From positions 124,001-188,000 of the forward strand of contig NW_026865278.1 in assembly GCF_026571515.1 (NCBI RefSeq): 64,000 nt of DNA, written 5' to 3'. Numbering within the stretch: position 1 is the stretch's first letter; each line of letters begins with the position of its first letter. The notes beneath the pieces are model-generated. The model did not search any database. It was given only the letters and a program-made list of their open reading frames with translations, and was not told the origin of the DNA. Below, one piece after another: positions 23,105 through 35,693 of this stretch. Both the position numbers and the translations under genes were made by a program. This DNA is from Ruditapes philippinarum (Eukaryota).

Positions 23105-26100
23105 ATGGTCGGACTCAAAACACTAATTGTTTTTGTGAACGCTTTGGCGTTTACTGTAGCACTTCCAAATATTATAGATACGCTAACAGCAAACAATGCT
23201 TCAACTTTAGTAGGTCTTATTGATCAAGCAGGTCTTACAGACACACTTAAAACTAAAGGTAAGGATTTTTTTCTATACCTAAACATGCATTTTTCTCACA
23301 CTATTTCGTATATTATTTAAAACCAAAGCAAAAGTCATTTAGTAGATACGATTTTAAAGTACACCTCTTACATCAAGTCATCAAAATTGATATGACATAA
23401 AATCAGACAAGGAAACTATTTAAAAATAGGTAATTATTTCGTTGAAATGTGAAAGAATCACCCATTTTATTATCTGGTATTATATTTGACTTATCAAAGG
23501 TAATAAGGAAAATAATTCTTCTTTTTGCATTTCTTATAGGACCATTCACAATCTTTGCACCAACGAACGCTGCGATTGCCAAAGTACCTGCTGCAGATCT
23601 CCAAGCATTAGGTAGCGATGTAGATGCATTGAAAAACGTTTTGTTATACCATGTCGTCAATGGAGAAATCTTCAGCTGGGATTTAAGAACAGGCGAGCGT
23701 CTTAAAAGTCTTAACAACCACACCATTAGAATATACAGCAGCGCCGGGGTGAGTTTTTAATTAAACTTCAATTTTATTTCTTTATCAGGTGAAAAGACCG
23801 AACCATTTAAAGATTTTGTTTTTTTTCTCTTTAGATAGGTACAGTACTAAATAAGTTAATACCGGTAATCTATATATAAATCTTATAACATTCAATTTGG
23901 AATACAATCTTAAAGTTGTGGAAAAAATTTTCTTATTATTGTGTTCATATGATCACAGACCAAGCATAGTCACGTGCTTATTGAAGACTAGACTATCTTT
24001 GTTTTTGTTTAATTTGATATGTCATCTGCTTTCAGAAGCACTACTTTAACCAGGCACTGGCTGTAGTAGAGGAGATCCAAGCGTCCAATGGTGTTATCTA
24101 TCTTATTGACGAGGTACTTAATGTGCCCGAGGGAACTATTTGGGACATTCTGAACAACCCTGACTACAACCTGACACAGTTTGCTAATGTTGCTCAACAC
24201 GCTCGTCTTGACTCATTATTCAAAACAATTTGTAAGTACTGTTCACTTTTGCTTCTACGTATTCTTGAAATATTTGTCAACTAATAAAAAAGATGCATTT
24301 CACCAATAAACTTTCAAAGAATGAAAATTTATACTCATATAATGCAGCTTGGGAGTTATGAAATTAAAGTCGTTGAAATTCTTTTAAAAGGCTCCTTTTT
24401 TCATATACATTGTAAATACAAAAAAAAATACAGCAAAGATATATTAGCAACAGAACATAGTTATGTTAAAAATAACAACGGAATTGTTTGATTGTGGCTA
24501 AACAGCAAACCTACTTAGATGCATTGTAACCGATTTAACAATCTAACAAATATAACATACATTTCAGCTAGTACTAAACGTTACACTGTGTTTGCACCCA
24601 TGAATTCTGCTTTTGAGAGTTTGCCTAAACAGCTTCTGAACACCATTGCATCAAGTACTACCTACGGAAGATGTAAGTAAAACCATTCTTGTACATTCCA
24701 AATAAGCAGCATATTCTCGCGTTCAATGTAATATACTGACGAATATATGTATGACCATTGTATCAAACTTTCAAATGTTGCTTTCTCTGAAGTTTCAGAT
24801 GTCATTAAGTACCACAGACATGACTTATGTAACAAACATTCAGAGGCCATTGATGACTTATTATGTACTATTTTTTCTTCAGATGTCATTTGATGTAAAT
24901 TCATGACTGATGTATCAAAATATTCCGATATTACTATTACATGTACATTCATTGCTTCAGTTAAGAACCTTCAGATATAATTTATAAGCACGTTTATTAT
25001 ATACTTATTAATGAAATATTGAGAAATATTGATGAAATAAAATGCGTATTTTCATTTTCCGTATTTTCACTGTTAAAATTTATTTTTCACTGCAGTGAAA
25101 CATATTTTCCGTATTTTCACTGGTGTCTTGCCGGACTACTTTCTTTTCAATTTTGCCAGTACACAAAATTTAAGGGAAAGTCTTTCAAATTTTAATGTCA
25201 AAAAAGATAAAAATGTATATAATAAACAGAAAATTCAAGTTTTTTCTATAAATACATGATTTATTTTCATCTTGTGGTATGAAAATTACCATATTTCACT
25301 CGTGGCTACCGCCACTCATGAAATATTTATTTTCATACCACTCGATGAAAATAAATCATGTATTTATAGAAAAAACTTGAATATCCTCTATGTATTTTCA
25401 TGAACTATGCATTTATTCTTCAGATGTTATTGGCCATCCAATTTACGATTTATGTGTAAAACATTCAGATGTAATTGAAAATGATGTATCAAACTTTTAT
25501 GTGTCATTCATAAGCATATTCATGTGTAATGTATCAAACTTTCAGATGTCATTGATTATCACATTCATGACGGTACACTTCATGCTGCAAGCTTGTCTAA
25601 AGATGGTACTGTGTCGACGTTACATACCGGACACACGATCACTCTCACTCATGATGCAAGTATGTAAACTTAAAATCAAAATTTGGCTAGCAACATTATG
25701 AAATCTGTTCAGATTGCTTGGCTGTGCAGACTGGCAAGGCTTTTTAATCTGGTGACATAGGAAAGTGTTGCTTTTCTTTGGCACTCTACAAGTTAATATA
25801 CTTTTTGTGTTGGAAACTTTACTTGTTCACAAAATATTTCATATTTCTTATATTGACTTCAAATTTTGACTTGGTGCGGCGTTTATGTTACATACACGTT
25901 TTTTTTATAAATAAACATTGTTGTTTCTGAACACAAACATAAATGTATTTAAGTCTGAATTTGCATAAGGGATAGAAGTTTTCATAGTTTGAACTCGAAC
26001 ACTGCTTGCACAAGGGGAGCGGTGGCGAGCATTTCATTTTTCTCATTGGGCAAAATAAATAAGTAAAACTAAACTTCACTGCTTGCTATATGATTTATAT

Positions 26101-26271
26101 ATCAATTTCACATTATTTATGCAAGTCCTCCTTTCTATTTCAGACACTGGTGAACCTCTCCTGAACAAACTAGCCCATGTTGTTATACAGGACATTGAAG
26201 CTGAAAATGGCGTTGTGCACGTGATTTCGCACGTGCTTATCCCATCAACACTCGCGGGAATCGTTGGTTAA
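23105..26271 (+). CDS. Secreted fasciclin (two FAS1 domains) protein B, about 301 aa, 6 exons
   Basis: Exons 23105-23258, 23540-23748, 24036-24231, 24568-24672, 25546-25659, 26144-26271 (906 nt; phases 1,0,1,1,1). Signal peptide MVGLKTLIVFVNALAFTVA. Motifs GPFTIFAPTNAAI, LLYHVV, ASNGVIYLIDEVL, YTVFAPMNSAF, IDYHIH, AENGVVHVISHVL. Confidence 0.93.
25010..25385. mobile_element. Non-autonomous element ending in a long hairpin (25233-25382); related fragment inverted at 56461-56558
   Basis: ATTCAAGTTTTTTCTATAAATACATGATTTATTTTCATC ... GATGAAAATAAATCATGTATTTATAGAAAAAACTTGAAT flank a GTGGCTACCGCCAC loop. CGTATTTTCACTGGTGTCTTG matches the reverse complement of 56461 CAAGACACTAGTGAAAATACG. Confidence 0.75.
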
Positions 26272-27018
26272 TTTGATTTATTTTGTATAACAAGTTTTCA
26301 CCCGCAGGAAACATAAATAAATTGTTACAAAGTTACTTTCATTTTTACCATTTATTTCTATCCAATTATGATAGTGTATATGATACAACATCAGAGTAGT
26401 TACATTTATATAGATGAGATGAAATATCTCAAAGATTTTCATTTTTATATGACGTCTGTGTGTTGATAATGAAGCATTTTTATTGAACGTCAACAATTAT
26501 AAAATTCAAAGTTCACAATTTTTTTTTTTTGGAGACTGACTTTGTCTACTTTGTCACAAAGTTGTATACATAAATCCACAAATTTATCAGTTCAATTAAG
26601 TATTTAAAGTAACTATCATTATATCATATATAGAGATGGTTTTAGTCCATCTAATTTGAATAAGTATTATTAAGCTAACAAATTGACCCTTTAGAAAATG
26701 GAATTGCCTAGATTTTTTTAGATTTTTATTGATTTTTTTATAAATTTTATTTTATTTGAGAAAACATAACTTCGACTTAAAATGACTCAAATGAACTTTT
26801 TAGAATATGTTTCCGATTGTACATTTTGATGTAGATCTAAACCAATAACTTGTGAAAAAATCCCAAATCTTTCACCCTCGCCTTTTTCCAGAATAAGTAC
26901 ATGTAGTTTAATTGTAAAAATGACTTTATAGACTTTTGGACATCAGTGCGGTTTCTTTAAGCCGGTGCTAGGGAGTATGAGCGGTAGATTTGCCATCGCC
27001 GTCCATGAACAGACTCAA

Positions 27019-27230
27019 GAGGAGCGGTGACCTGGTGGTTAACGTGACTGCCTCTCAATCTAGAAAGCATGGGTTCGAACCCCAATCGTGTCATGACCAT
27101 GTTTCTTCATATGACAACAGTACTGGTTGGTTCCAGGAAGCGGACTCGAAAGTGATTAATATCAGTTGCAAGAACTTGTTTCGTTATCGAGCTTTAATAC
27201 ATATGTTTAACCCACAAACTCAATAAAAAA
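27019..27230 (+). mobile_element. tRNA-derived SINE
   Basis: A-box-like TGACCTGGTGG and B-box GGTTCGAACCC, the core AGTACTGGTTGGTTCCAGGAA (also at about 59025 and 60314), and an A-rich tail. Confidence 0.75.
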
Positions 27231-27261
27231 ACTGAGCCTGCAACATTTTTTATTTTGTAGT

Positions 27262-29051
27262 TAATGTCATTCTTAAAAATTGCCCGAGTTATTCCAATTT
27301 TCAAATCTGGACTGAAAGATGATCCGAGCAACTATCGACCTATTTCTATCTTGCCTACAATATCTAAGATTTTTGAACGTCACATAGCTAATCAGTTACA
27401 GCATTTTTTCCAAAAAACAAATATTTTACATAATAAACAATCAGGATTTCGAAAGAATCATTCATGCAATACGGCCCTAATTCATTTGATAGACTCCTGG
27501 CTAAAAGATGTTGATAGTGGCAAATATATAGGTACAGTATTTTTAGACCTGCAAAAGGCGTTTGATTTAGTTGACCATGAAATACTTTTATATAAACTCA
27601 AACTTTATCACTTTTCTGTCACATCATTAAAACTGTTTCATTCGTATCTGTCTAATCGTATGCAAATAATTCAAATTGGAGACTTAAAATCTGACGTACA
27701 ATATGTTACCTCTGGCGTTCCACAAGGCTCAATATTAGGTCCTTTACTGTTTTCTTCTTTATATAAATGATCTCCCAATATTTGCGAGGATGTTAACATA
27801 GATTTATATGCTGATGATTCCACGTTGCATAAATCTGGAGATGACATATCAGTTATAGAAGAAAAACTACAATATAGCCTTAATATGATTACTAATTGGT
27901 GTAAAATAAATAATATGCTTTTACACCCTAAAAAATCTAAAAGTATGCTGGTAGGTAGTAGACAAAAGCTAAAGATTGCAAAAGCAATACATTTGAAAAT
28001 TAACGACTCAACTCTTGACAATGTAGAATCACAAAAACTGCTTGGTATTTATGTTGAAAATACACTCAATTGGCACTGTCAGGTAAATGATGTGTGTAAA
28101 AAATTGAACTCTAAAGTTAATTTATTTAGGCGTATAAAGTACTTTTTAAATAAGGAATCTCGCATGCTTTTTTATAATGCATACCTTCTTCCTATTTTTG
28201 ATTATTGTTGTAATATATGGGGAAAAAGAAAACAAAAAATATATATGCCAAATATACAAAATACAAACACGAATTTGCAAAATTATTCTAGACCTTCCAA
28301 TGAGAAAACAATCAGAAAATTTATACAAAAGATTAAAAATATTGCCTTTCAAGAAAAGATGTATTTTTCACAGCGGTGTCCAAGTATATAAAGCATTGAA
28401 TAATATGTCCCCTCAATATATCCGAGACTTACTTACCATATCTAATAATCAAAAGTATAATCTAAGATCGATATCTCACGGAAATTTAATTTCGTCTTAC
28501 AAACCACGTACTAATTATTTTAATGACACATTCCAATTTAATGCCATGGTTATTTGGAATTCCATACCACTGACTATAAGAAGAAAAACAAAATTGTCAA
28601 TATTTAAGAAATGTTTCAAGAAATACTTATTTAATCAAATTTAGCACGGTCCGTATGTCTTATATATACAGGATACGCTCTTTATATTCATACATGTGTT
28701 TTTTTTATTATTATGTTTTCTAATAATGGGTGTCTGTCTTAGTTTCAAGTTTTTTGACTGTGTTAATTTTGTAAGTTAATTTTACTTTTTAAATTGCAGA
28801 TTAAAATGATGCACTGATGAAAGTATTATGTTTAATGATAAATAAAATGAATTGTATGAATGTTCAGTATATGTGTTAATATATGTTAAAATTGTGATAA
28901 CCATTTAATCATTTCTTTTTACATGTTATATTTTCTTTGATTGATATGTGTTCTTTTGTGTGTGTGTTTTTATTTTTATTTTAGAAGGCCGCATTGTAAA
29001 TAAGATGTTGCAATCTGTATATGTCTTAATGTGTTACCTTCGGTAAATAAA

Positions 29052-29087
<36 letters not shown>
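27262..29087 (+). mobile_element. 5'-truncated non-LTR retrotransposon (CR1/L2-like) with RT domain, 3' UTR and (ATT)n tail
   Basis: RT motifs NYRPISILP, QSGFR, FLDLQKAFDLVDH, GVPQGSILGPLLF and YADD (about 27806). Three ORFs are joined by two single-base frameshifts. AATAAA is followed by (TTA)n at 29053-29087. Confidence 0.93.
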
Positions 29088-29088
<1 letters not shown>

Positions 29089-31822
29089 TTAAAGGTTTCC
29101 TTATCTTACATTGAGCTCGAATGAATATCATTATCAGCCAGGTAGAATTCTGAAATAATACCAAGAAATTTTCAACAGATATACAAGTTTATATCGATTA
29201 AACAAATTATATTCGCATTTAAGAATCCAATTGTAATCAATCATTTACATCAATTACTACGTCTCAAGTTTTTCATAGTACCAAAAGCAGGTCGCTGACA
29301 AAGATAATATATTACAAAGATCTGACAATTATTAAATGTGAACGATTATGACGATTAAATTGAAAAACGAATCGACAGGGGTCGCAAACATTTCCCCTAA
29401 GAATCTTATATTTATACTGGTATATTGTTATTGCATTGCATGTAGTTAGATTTACTTACATAGCAAATATTTCAAGTTTATTTATCTTAAAAAAAGGATC
29501 AAACATCAGAACTCTTTGCCCGACTGACGTTTCCTTACCCCGCTCTCCCTCCCTATCTGCATCATTGTCATGGTGTATGTGCTTCTCATATCAGACTTGT
29601 TATATAAGATAATTTATATGTCTGTTAAACAGGTCAAATCGGCGTCCAAAAAATAACAGACGTTTACTAGCGTTTCATAAGCCATATTGCATTATAGAGC
29701 AGTATAGATTTAATAGCCATGATGGGCACCTAACAACCTTTTTCCTTTTTCTAGTCCTATATTTTAAACAACCAGATAAGACTAGTATATCCTTTATTCA
29801 GACAGTACTGATCATGATCGCACTGAAAATGACCTACACTTGCTTGAACTGAAATAAAGCTGGATATCTACCATACATTTGAATAGTCTTGTTTTCAAAT
29901 TCGAACTCGGATTATAAATTATATTGTATCAACGAAAATCTTCAAATACAGTTGACTATTCCTGATAATTTCCTATCGTTGATGTGTCCATATGTTATGT
30001 CATTTTAGAGTGATTTGCTGGCGCACTTATCCATTCTTGATCCTGAAGGCTATATCAAAGTATAGTTCAAACATTTCTTCATTTTAATTTACGATTTGAA
30101 TGGGAAAATAGATATGAACACGTCGTTACTATGTCCTTGAGAGCTAGATATCACGAATTCTGTCTATTTGTTCCAGTTGTAACTGGCGATCGAAGGACAC
30201 AATATGTACTAACAAGGATTGTTCAATAACAATATGTACACTATATATAAAGTGTTATATGGGTGTAATAAAGCCAAATTCTTTGAAATTATTCACTATT
30301 TTCTGACGGTTTATTCTCTTCGTGCATGCTTTGAGTTGGAAAGTAATATTCTTTAGATGCCCATAACAACACTTAGAGACAATACTGCCTTCCTAGAATT
30401 TAACCACTGACAATCGGAATATGTTCTATTGTTTATACCTTGGAAACCGATAAATGTCCACGGTGAACAGAAAAATCTACATGTCAAGCATTCTGACCAA
30501 CTGTGTGCCGAGCATTTTAGTATTTTTGGCGAAAAAACTAGATAACTCTTTCAATGGCATTTTTACTACACTCCTAGTCGTCCTGTGAAGAGTAAATTTT
30601 TAACGCTGTTTATACCAGACATTAACTTCTTTATTAAATGTATAACCATCTTATTAGTACATTATTGTCTTGTCTCTGTGGAAAAGTGCATGTATTCAAA
30701 CCAATTGTAGCTGATATTATTCTTTTTCATGGCAATCATTTTAATTAACATGTCAGTGTGTGGCAACTGTAGTTCTTAGACACCTGGTCGAAACTGAATC
30801 TACCCATGAGGTAAGAGCAAATCAAAATCCGTGTCATCTGACCATGGTCTGGCACTGTTCGCCACTGCAGTAAGTACTAATTTGAAATTTACCATAAAGT
30901 TATCAATGGTTTTATTCAGACTGAAAGATGAAAAATCCATTCACGATATTTATCGTAAAAATGCTTCAAGAAGGAGAATGCCCGGATGTATTCTATGTGA
31001 ACTCAAGTCTGTATACACATTGTTGCCTACTGAACACCCCTCATGTGCTCAACCCAAAATGTATCTATAAAGATTATATTTGCCCTTTTCAAATAATCAC
31101 AATTTCTATTTAATAAAGGATGTGTTCTTTCTTTCAACCGTTTTACATAAATATGACAGACTTATCAAATTACATGAACATTGACCTAAGGTTTGAAACC
31201 TTACTTATCTTAACCTATCTGAAACCTATTTCTTCAGACTGTACGTCACATAGTGTTATTGACCTTTCAGTCCTCCAGAATTCCATGTCAATTTGTAATA
31301 AATTTGTGCAAAACTTGCTTTGTTTTGAATTCGAACAAGTTCATTGCCATTTTATAATATCTAAATATGACAATACCCGTACTTGAACTGGCTACAAATA
31401 CATAATGTGCGCCAAATGGCTGACCAAACCCTAGGAAGATATGTTATTATAACCATCGGCTTTGAAAGCTTAAAACATTTAATTGCGTAATTGTTAATCG
31501 TTGAAAGAAAAACATATACACGTTAAGACAGAAAGGCGTTTATTACTAAAATATTGTTCCATACCATCGAAAAGGGAAAAGAAAATTTAATGTTCATCTA
31601 TCAAAGTAAGCATGCCGATACGACAAAAACTGTCATGTGGGGATAAAACTGTCATAACCCATGCGTAATAGTCTTATAACAAGTTCTTATGGAGATCACA
31701 TGGAACTAAATGTGATATTCACTATCAGTATTATGAAATCAAATGACCACATTTCTTTATAAATGAAGACAAAACATTTACACAGTGTTTAAGCAGAACA
31801 ATAGTAAGAACAAATAACAAAC

Positions 31823-33976
31823 ATGAAGACATTAGCTCTAATTCAGGTGAGCATCTCTTACTAACCTCATCTACAAATTACTTATTTCTTGTCAATATGT
31901 TTTATATATATAGATATATTTGGAAAATATTAATTTTTGTCTTTTATTTGAAATCAACAATATTTGATAAATTAACTTAATTTATTCAGTCAATTCAATT
32001 ATTGTACACGGATAAAGTATGAAGTTATTTCGCTATAATTATTCAGGTATTAACGATCTGTGTCACTCAGGGTTTTCTCTTATCATCTGGCGAGCCATGC
32101 CAAAACCCTCCGGTTGCAGCCAACTTCACAGCCAACGGTTACCAAGGTCTCTGGTACGAAATAGGTAAGGAAGTGAACCTTTGTAATATTCATACAAAGT
32201 GAATTCTACTTCTCTTTTTCACATTTTTATCATATCTATTTCTTGACAATAAACATTGACAGAAAATATAATTTAGAAATGTTACGTTCGCCAAACAGCG
32301 GAAATCGGTACTCCCGTCTAATACAAATCCACCATACGGCATCTTGTAAATTGCGCAGACATTCTTATTTGAAACTTCCGGTTGGTTTAACGTAAGCTAT
32401 GTTTATTATTCATTATATATGGTACATTTTATCTGTGGAATTGATATTTTTTCCATATTGACTACATTTACTGACATGACATCATTTTAGGGAAAATGCA
32501 GACTGCGGGTGGTGCTGCTTTTGAAAAAGATTGCGTGTGCACGACAATTGATATAAGCCCAGTGAAAGGCGCTACAAACGGTGACTCTACGGCAATCAAC
32601 AGCTGCAGAAAGTTAGCGCCATCCGGGGACTTCTTAAATGCGACAGGTAAATTGCTATGATTACAAAATGTCAGAAATAATTTGTTACATTCATGACAAA
32701 GTGTCGAAAAGTCTTGGGCAATGAAAATAAATTGGATATTAGGAGAAGGTTATAACGATTTGTATGATTTATCATGTAACATAACATATGCATTATGTTA
32801 ATAGAAGTAAGGCATATAGTCCATGTAAAATTATTTTCATCTATAAAGATTATTGTACAAAGCAAAACATATGCTGTATTGATGTCTCAGTCAAAATATA
32901 GATTACTGTAACAAAGTTTAAAAATAATTAATAATTTGAGCCGCGTCATGACAAAACCAACATAATGGGTTTGCGACCAGCATCAGTTTTTCTACTTGTA
33001 ATAGAGTTGGTAAGCGAACAGCATGGATCCTGATCAGACTGCACGGATGCGCAGGCTGGTCTGGATCAATGCTGGTCGCAAACGCATTACGTTGGTTTTT
33101 GTCGTGACGCGGCTCATATATCTGGTAGACTTTGTTTTAACTTATGTTGAATGATATTGATCTTTTTCTTATCTTTACTAAACAGGTAATTTGGTGAACG
33201 AAGCCGTTCCTGGACACTGGAAAGAGAGGTTCTTTCCATTTACTCCAAAGGTGAAATTTTCCTGTAAAATTCATTAGTCTCTTTCATACATTAAACATAG
33301 TTAGTTACGACTGCTTTACTAAAATAACATTAGCTTTTTCCACCACTAGCATGTTGTGATATCTAAATAATTTGCAATGAACTGTTATTAAAAAGAATGA
33401 TAACAAGAGTTATAGGAATATAAAGTTATTCTGTGTAGGCACAGTTGCAATAATAAATACTTCCTCATCATAGTGATATGTCTATATCATTAATACGAAT
33501 AAATAACCAAAACTTTTCAATCTCTGTGCAGTATATTCATACGAATAAAGCATAACGAATAACCAAAATATCTCAATCTCCACGCAGTATGTGTAACTAA
33601 AATGGACATTAGAAATGTTACAACACCGTGTAGATACACTTAATGAATGTTTAATATACATGCATTTATAAATATATTATAGGCAAAGCAGCCCTACGTC
33701 AAATACGTTTCTTCGATTTCCTCTTCTGTTGTAATATTTGTAATTTTTACAATGTTCCAGGCTGACTACAGGATTATCTACCTTGACGACCATCTTGCTA
33801 TAGAGTATGATTGTACAAGTGTTCTATGGATGACCAACTACTGTGTTCACCTCCTCGCTAGAACACCGTCAATCAGTGACACGGATGAAAAGATGCTGCT
33901 TGATTTTGCTAATAACTTAGACCTTAATAAACAAAACGTTCCATATCAGAAAACAAAACAAGATGGATGCTGGTGA
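31823..33976 (+). CDS. Lipocalin (apolipoprotein D-like), secreted, about 192 aa, 5 exons
   Basis: Exons 31823-31846, 32047-32164, 32491-32646, 33186-33250, 33761-33976 (579 nt, phase-consistent). Signal peptide MKTLALIQVLTICVTQG. N-terminal C..PPV..NF, lipocalin SCR1 YQGLWYEIG, Y.II..D...AI.Y.C, SCR3-like LLARTP, terminal Q..C. Confidence 0.88.
32937..33116. mobile_element. MITE family B, internally deleted copy
   Basis: TIRs TGAGCCGCGTCATGACAAAACCAAC and GTTGGTTTTTGTCGTGACGCGGCTCA. Confidence 0.85.
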
Positions 33977-35693
33977 TTAAACCATTCAGCTCACTAAATT
34001 GTGTTAAGATATATTCCTTTTTACATAGATGGTTAAATAAGAACTTGTTAATGCGTTTATATTTCAATATTATCAAGACAGTTTTTTATATTTTATTTTA
34101 TGTTATTTTGTTAAATTTTTTTTGAAAAATATTGCGTATGCACGGCAACTGATTTGGCCAAGAAAAATGGCAAATAATGGAAGCAGGTGTCATTTTGTAT
34201 ATTTGTAAATATATAGCTTACATTGTTCTTTAAATTTACTTCCATGTTAACCTTTTTTTATATTTGCGGATATGAATAAAATAATTATGATTATTTGGTT
34301 GTTTCGTTCACGCATTTTAGTTCACATCGCCATTCATGGGCCATTGAAATACGTACTTACGATTTATGTAAAATTAAACGTAAGCGTAAATATATGGCAA
34401 TACCTACGTTTTTTTACAAAACGTTGTAATACTGGTCCTAGTTGGTATGGAATCAGTAAAACCAAGGTATATAATTTGATGCACTTCATTACAGAGTTTT
34501 TTGTAAAAGATACGATAAAAAAGGTAGTGAAAAAGAACTTAAACCCCTTTCTGGATTGCATAAAAACAGTATTATTAAAAAATTAAGGATTAAACTGTTA
34601 TTATTTTATTTTGGCATCACAAAGAATATTACACGGTACAAACCGGAATATCTAGATCGAAGGTTACTGTTTACGACGAAACCTGTCTACGTCGAGTTTC
34701 CGTTTAACAATATTTCAAGAGTTAGATATTTTCGTATGGTATTTCCATATGTTAAGGTTTGATACTCTTTTTTTGAAAACCACATATAAATCGTATTTCG
34801 TTAAAAAATCACGAAAACTTAAATTACTCTTTTTTACTCTTTCCTTTTGGCTGCGTATGAAATTACAAGTTAATTCATACCTGAAAATTATAAAAGGAAT
34901 TTTCTCTCCCTTTAACCAATAAAGTATACGTATGTATATTGAGTTAAAATAGGTACTGCATCCTTTGGTCATATAGGGGTTATTTATAAATTAAATAATA
35001 TTCGTATTTAAACAATTTTTAATAAATAATGTCTATAGAAGCACAGTATGTTAAAATAACTTATTATAAACATTATGACAAAGATATCATAGGTAACAAC
35101 AAAGAATACTCTCTTATTTTGTTTATGAGATCGAACAAAATAATACAAAGGATTATTAGTAATGAAACATTGTTTCCAATTACACATCCAATCTCTCTAA
35201 CAGTCTATGACAATACTAGTATCGCACTGGCAAATAACTATTCCTCGCAAACTAAGCAATTAAAGGCTATTCAAAAGAATATATAAATAATGCCTGCTAC
35301 AACATTTGGGCTATAATTAAACATTTATAGCTGAATACTGTCTACATGTACTTAAGAAAACTAATATATTAGCAAACGCTGTCAATCACCATCATTACAG
35401 TTGCAACTCATTTTCTTTATAAACATAGAATGTTCATTATGTAAACGCCTCCTGTAAAACCTCTTCAATGCCAATATTCGTCCACCTTTAGAATCATGAC
35501 ATTCTCCGTCTCACGTGGTTGATTTTAACATACATATCTGTTACGGCATCTGCTAGTCACTTAAGCAAACGTTTATACATTTCAGAACTTTGACACAATT
35601 ATGCTCAACCAACAGTTTCTGCATACTGTTAAAGCCCATTATATAAACATGGCTAGAATAAAACTTAAACCTTATGAGACTAAATCAGATCTA

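Noticed and set aside
27019-27095. tRNA gene candidates (also 59357-59425)
   Set aside because: A and B boxes are present, but I could not form a cloverleaf and each continues into a shared SINE core.
30400-31450. Slightly coding-like region with ORFs 30831, 30928 and 31120 and some splice-like signals
   Set aside because: No recognisable domain or consistent exon chain on either strand. It may be a decayed element; tBLASTx would settle it.
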